In this document: piece after piece, positions 23,157 through 24,258 of the stretch
Numbering within the stretch: position 1 is the first letter of the stretch
Layout: the number at the start of each line of letters is the position of its first letter
Assembly (NCBI GenBank): GCA_024626585.2
Contig: JANKJI020000004.1
Span: forward strand, 176,056,733 to 176,080,990
Direction: 5' to 3'
Length of the DNA stretch: 24,258 bases
Source: Ginkgo biloba
Taxonomy: Eukaryota > Plantae > Ginkgophyta
Program-made: the position numbers and the translations under genes
The notes under the pieces: generated by a model
What the model was told of the DNA's origin: nothing
What the model saw: only the letters and a program-made list of their open reading frames with translations
Database searches by the model: none

Positions 23157-24258
23157 TTAATACGGGTTGTTGGCAAAATGCCATGAAGTGGATTAGGGGT
23201 GGGTCCTCGGTTGTCTAGTTGTCTGGTTCTTTTTTTGGTGACTGATCTATCTCTTTAACTAGCTACATGTCAATGTGAATATAGAAAAGTATATTGCAAA
23301 GGTGCTTTAGGTGGTCTATATGTCTATCAATCAAGTAAGATTGGAGACTTCCCATTGCTACTACTCTTATTTCTTTATCAATGTCCAAATTTCATCCGTA
23401 GTGATAAGAGTTGCCTTCTTAAACATCTGGTTGATCTACATCGTTATCCTTGAGTGTTGGAAGGTTCTTCAGAGGATCCTGGGTTGGGATAAGGATTGAT
23501 ATATCCTCTTAGAGTTGGTATTTTTCTTGGATGAAGGAGAAGTCCTTCACCCAATGACATAGTCATAGACAACAACTTCATCGATCTTCATGTCTAGTTG
23601 CCAATTTTACTTTTTGATTTCATCCAACTGATTCATAATTTACTCCTCTTTTATTTTAAAATCTATTGTATGTGGATTGGATTTGATATGATCCAATTTC
23701 TTCCACTTAGAAATATAGAGGCAATCAATTCAATTTGTATGACTCTAGTGAGATTAATTCATCCAGTTCATAAGGTAAGCTTGCTAGTTTATCATCTCCA
23801 AGATTGCTTAGTATAATTTGTCAAAAGTTTCTTTCACTTCAATATGCATTTCCCATAGGTTAGTGTGCATGTCCATAATTGCATCTCTTACCCCATGCAA
23901 TGCTTATCTATCTTGAATACAATGGAGNNNNNNNNNNNNNNNNNNNNNNNNNNNNNNNNNNNNNNNNNNNNNNNNNNNNNNNNNNNNNNNNNNNNNNNNN
24001 NNNNNNNNNNNNNNNNNNNNNNNNNATAATTCTTATATGCAATGACTTGATTCCTTAGAGCATTAAGTCAGAGGTGTTGAGGTGGAGTTCTTGATTGTCC
24101 AATTTCTCCTGTATAGTTTCTTTTTCTCTTTCTTGACTACACTTCTTTAATACTGAAAAGTTCATCTTTTGTCCCCCTTCCAAATTTATTTTCAACATTT
24201 AATCTTATTTTTACATGATAAAACTAGTCCAAGGGATCCATTTTATCCTATTTGGTTG

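Larger units (their letters stand above)
12092..24258 (+). other. Probable long, TE-filled first intron of the PAP gene (extends beyond the window)
   Basis: No ORF with the expected continuation (VGSD..GWS, then the metallophosphoesterase core) in the called bases downstream. An exon hidden in an N gap cannot be excluded. Confidence 0.7.

Noticed and set aside
1-24258. A novel multi-gene system (defence, retron-like or RT-associated)
   Set aside because: The RT, protease and gag pieces are stop-ridden standard Ty3/gypsy remnants in different orientations, and the only intact coding exon belongs to a known plant enzyme family.

Overview
AT-rich, gap-riddled (about 20 N runs) eukaryotic plant genomic DNA with the look of a large gymnosperm-type genome (taxon is inferred, not shown). 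The only convincing host gene is exon 1 of a purple acid phosphatase of the AtPAP2/AtPAP9 clade (+ strand, about 11367-12091). It has a signal peptide and N-terminal fn3-type PAP domains and ends at a canonical CAG|GTAAGT donor. The catalytic exon is not visible, so the first intron is probably >12 kb. The rest is a nest of decayed Ty3/gypsy retrotransposon pieces (gag at about 850-1134, RT at 5529-5844, protease at 6002-6300, an LTR with PPT at 7473-8530, and an intronic gag with up to four zinc knuckles at about 18500-19470 with a probable LTR at about 20298-21122), a CpG-rich probable DNA-transposon end (13045-13652), and several tandem or dispersed duplications. I found no prokaryotic features and no support for a new biological system; the findings are of low to moderate interest.
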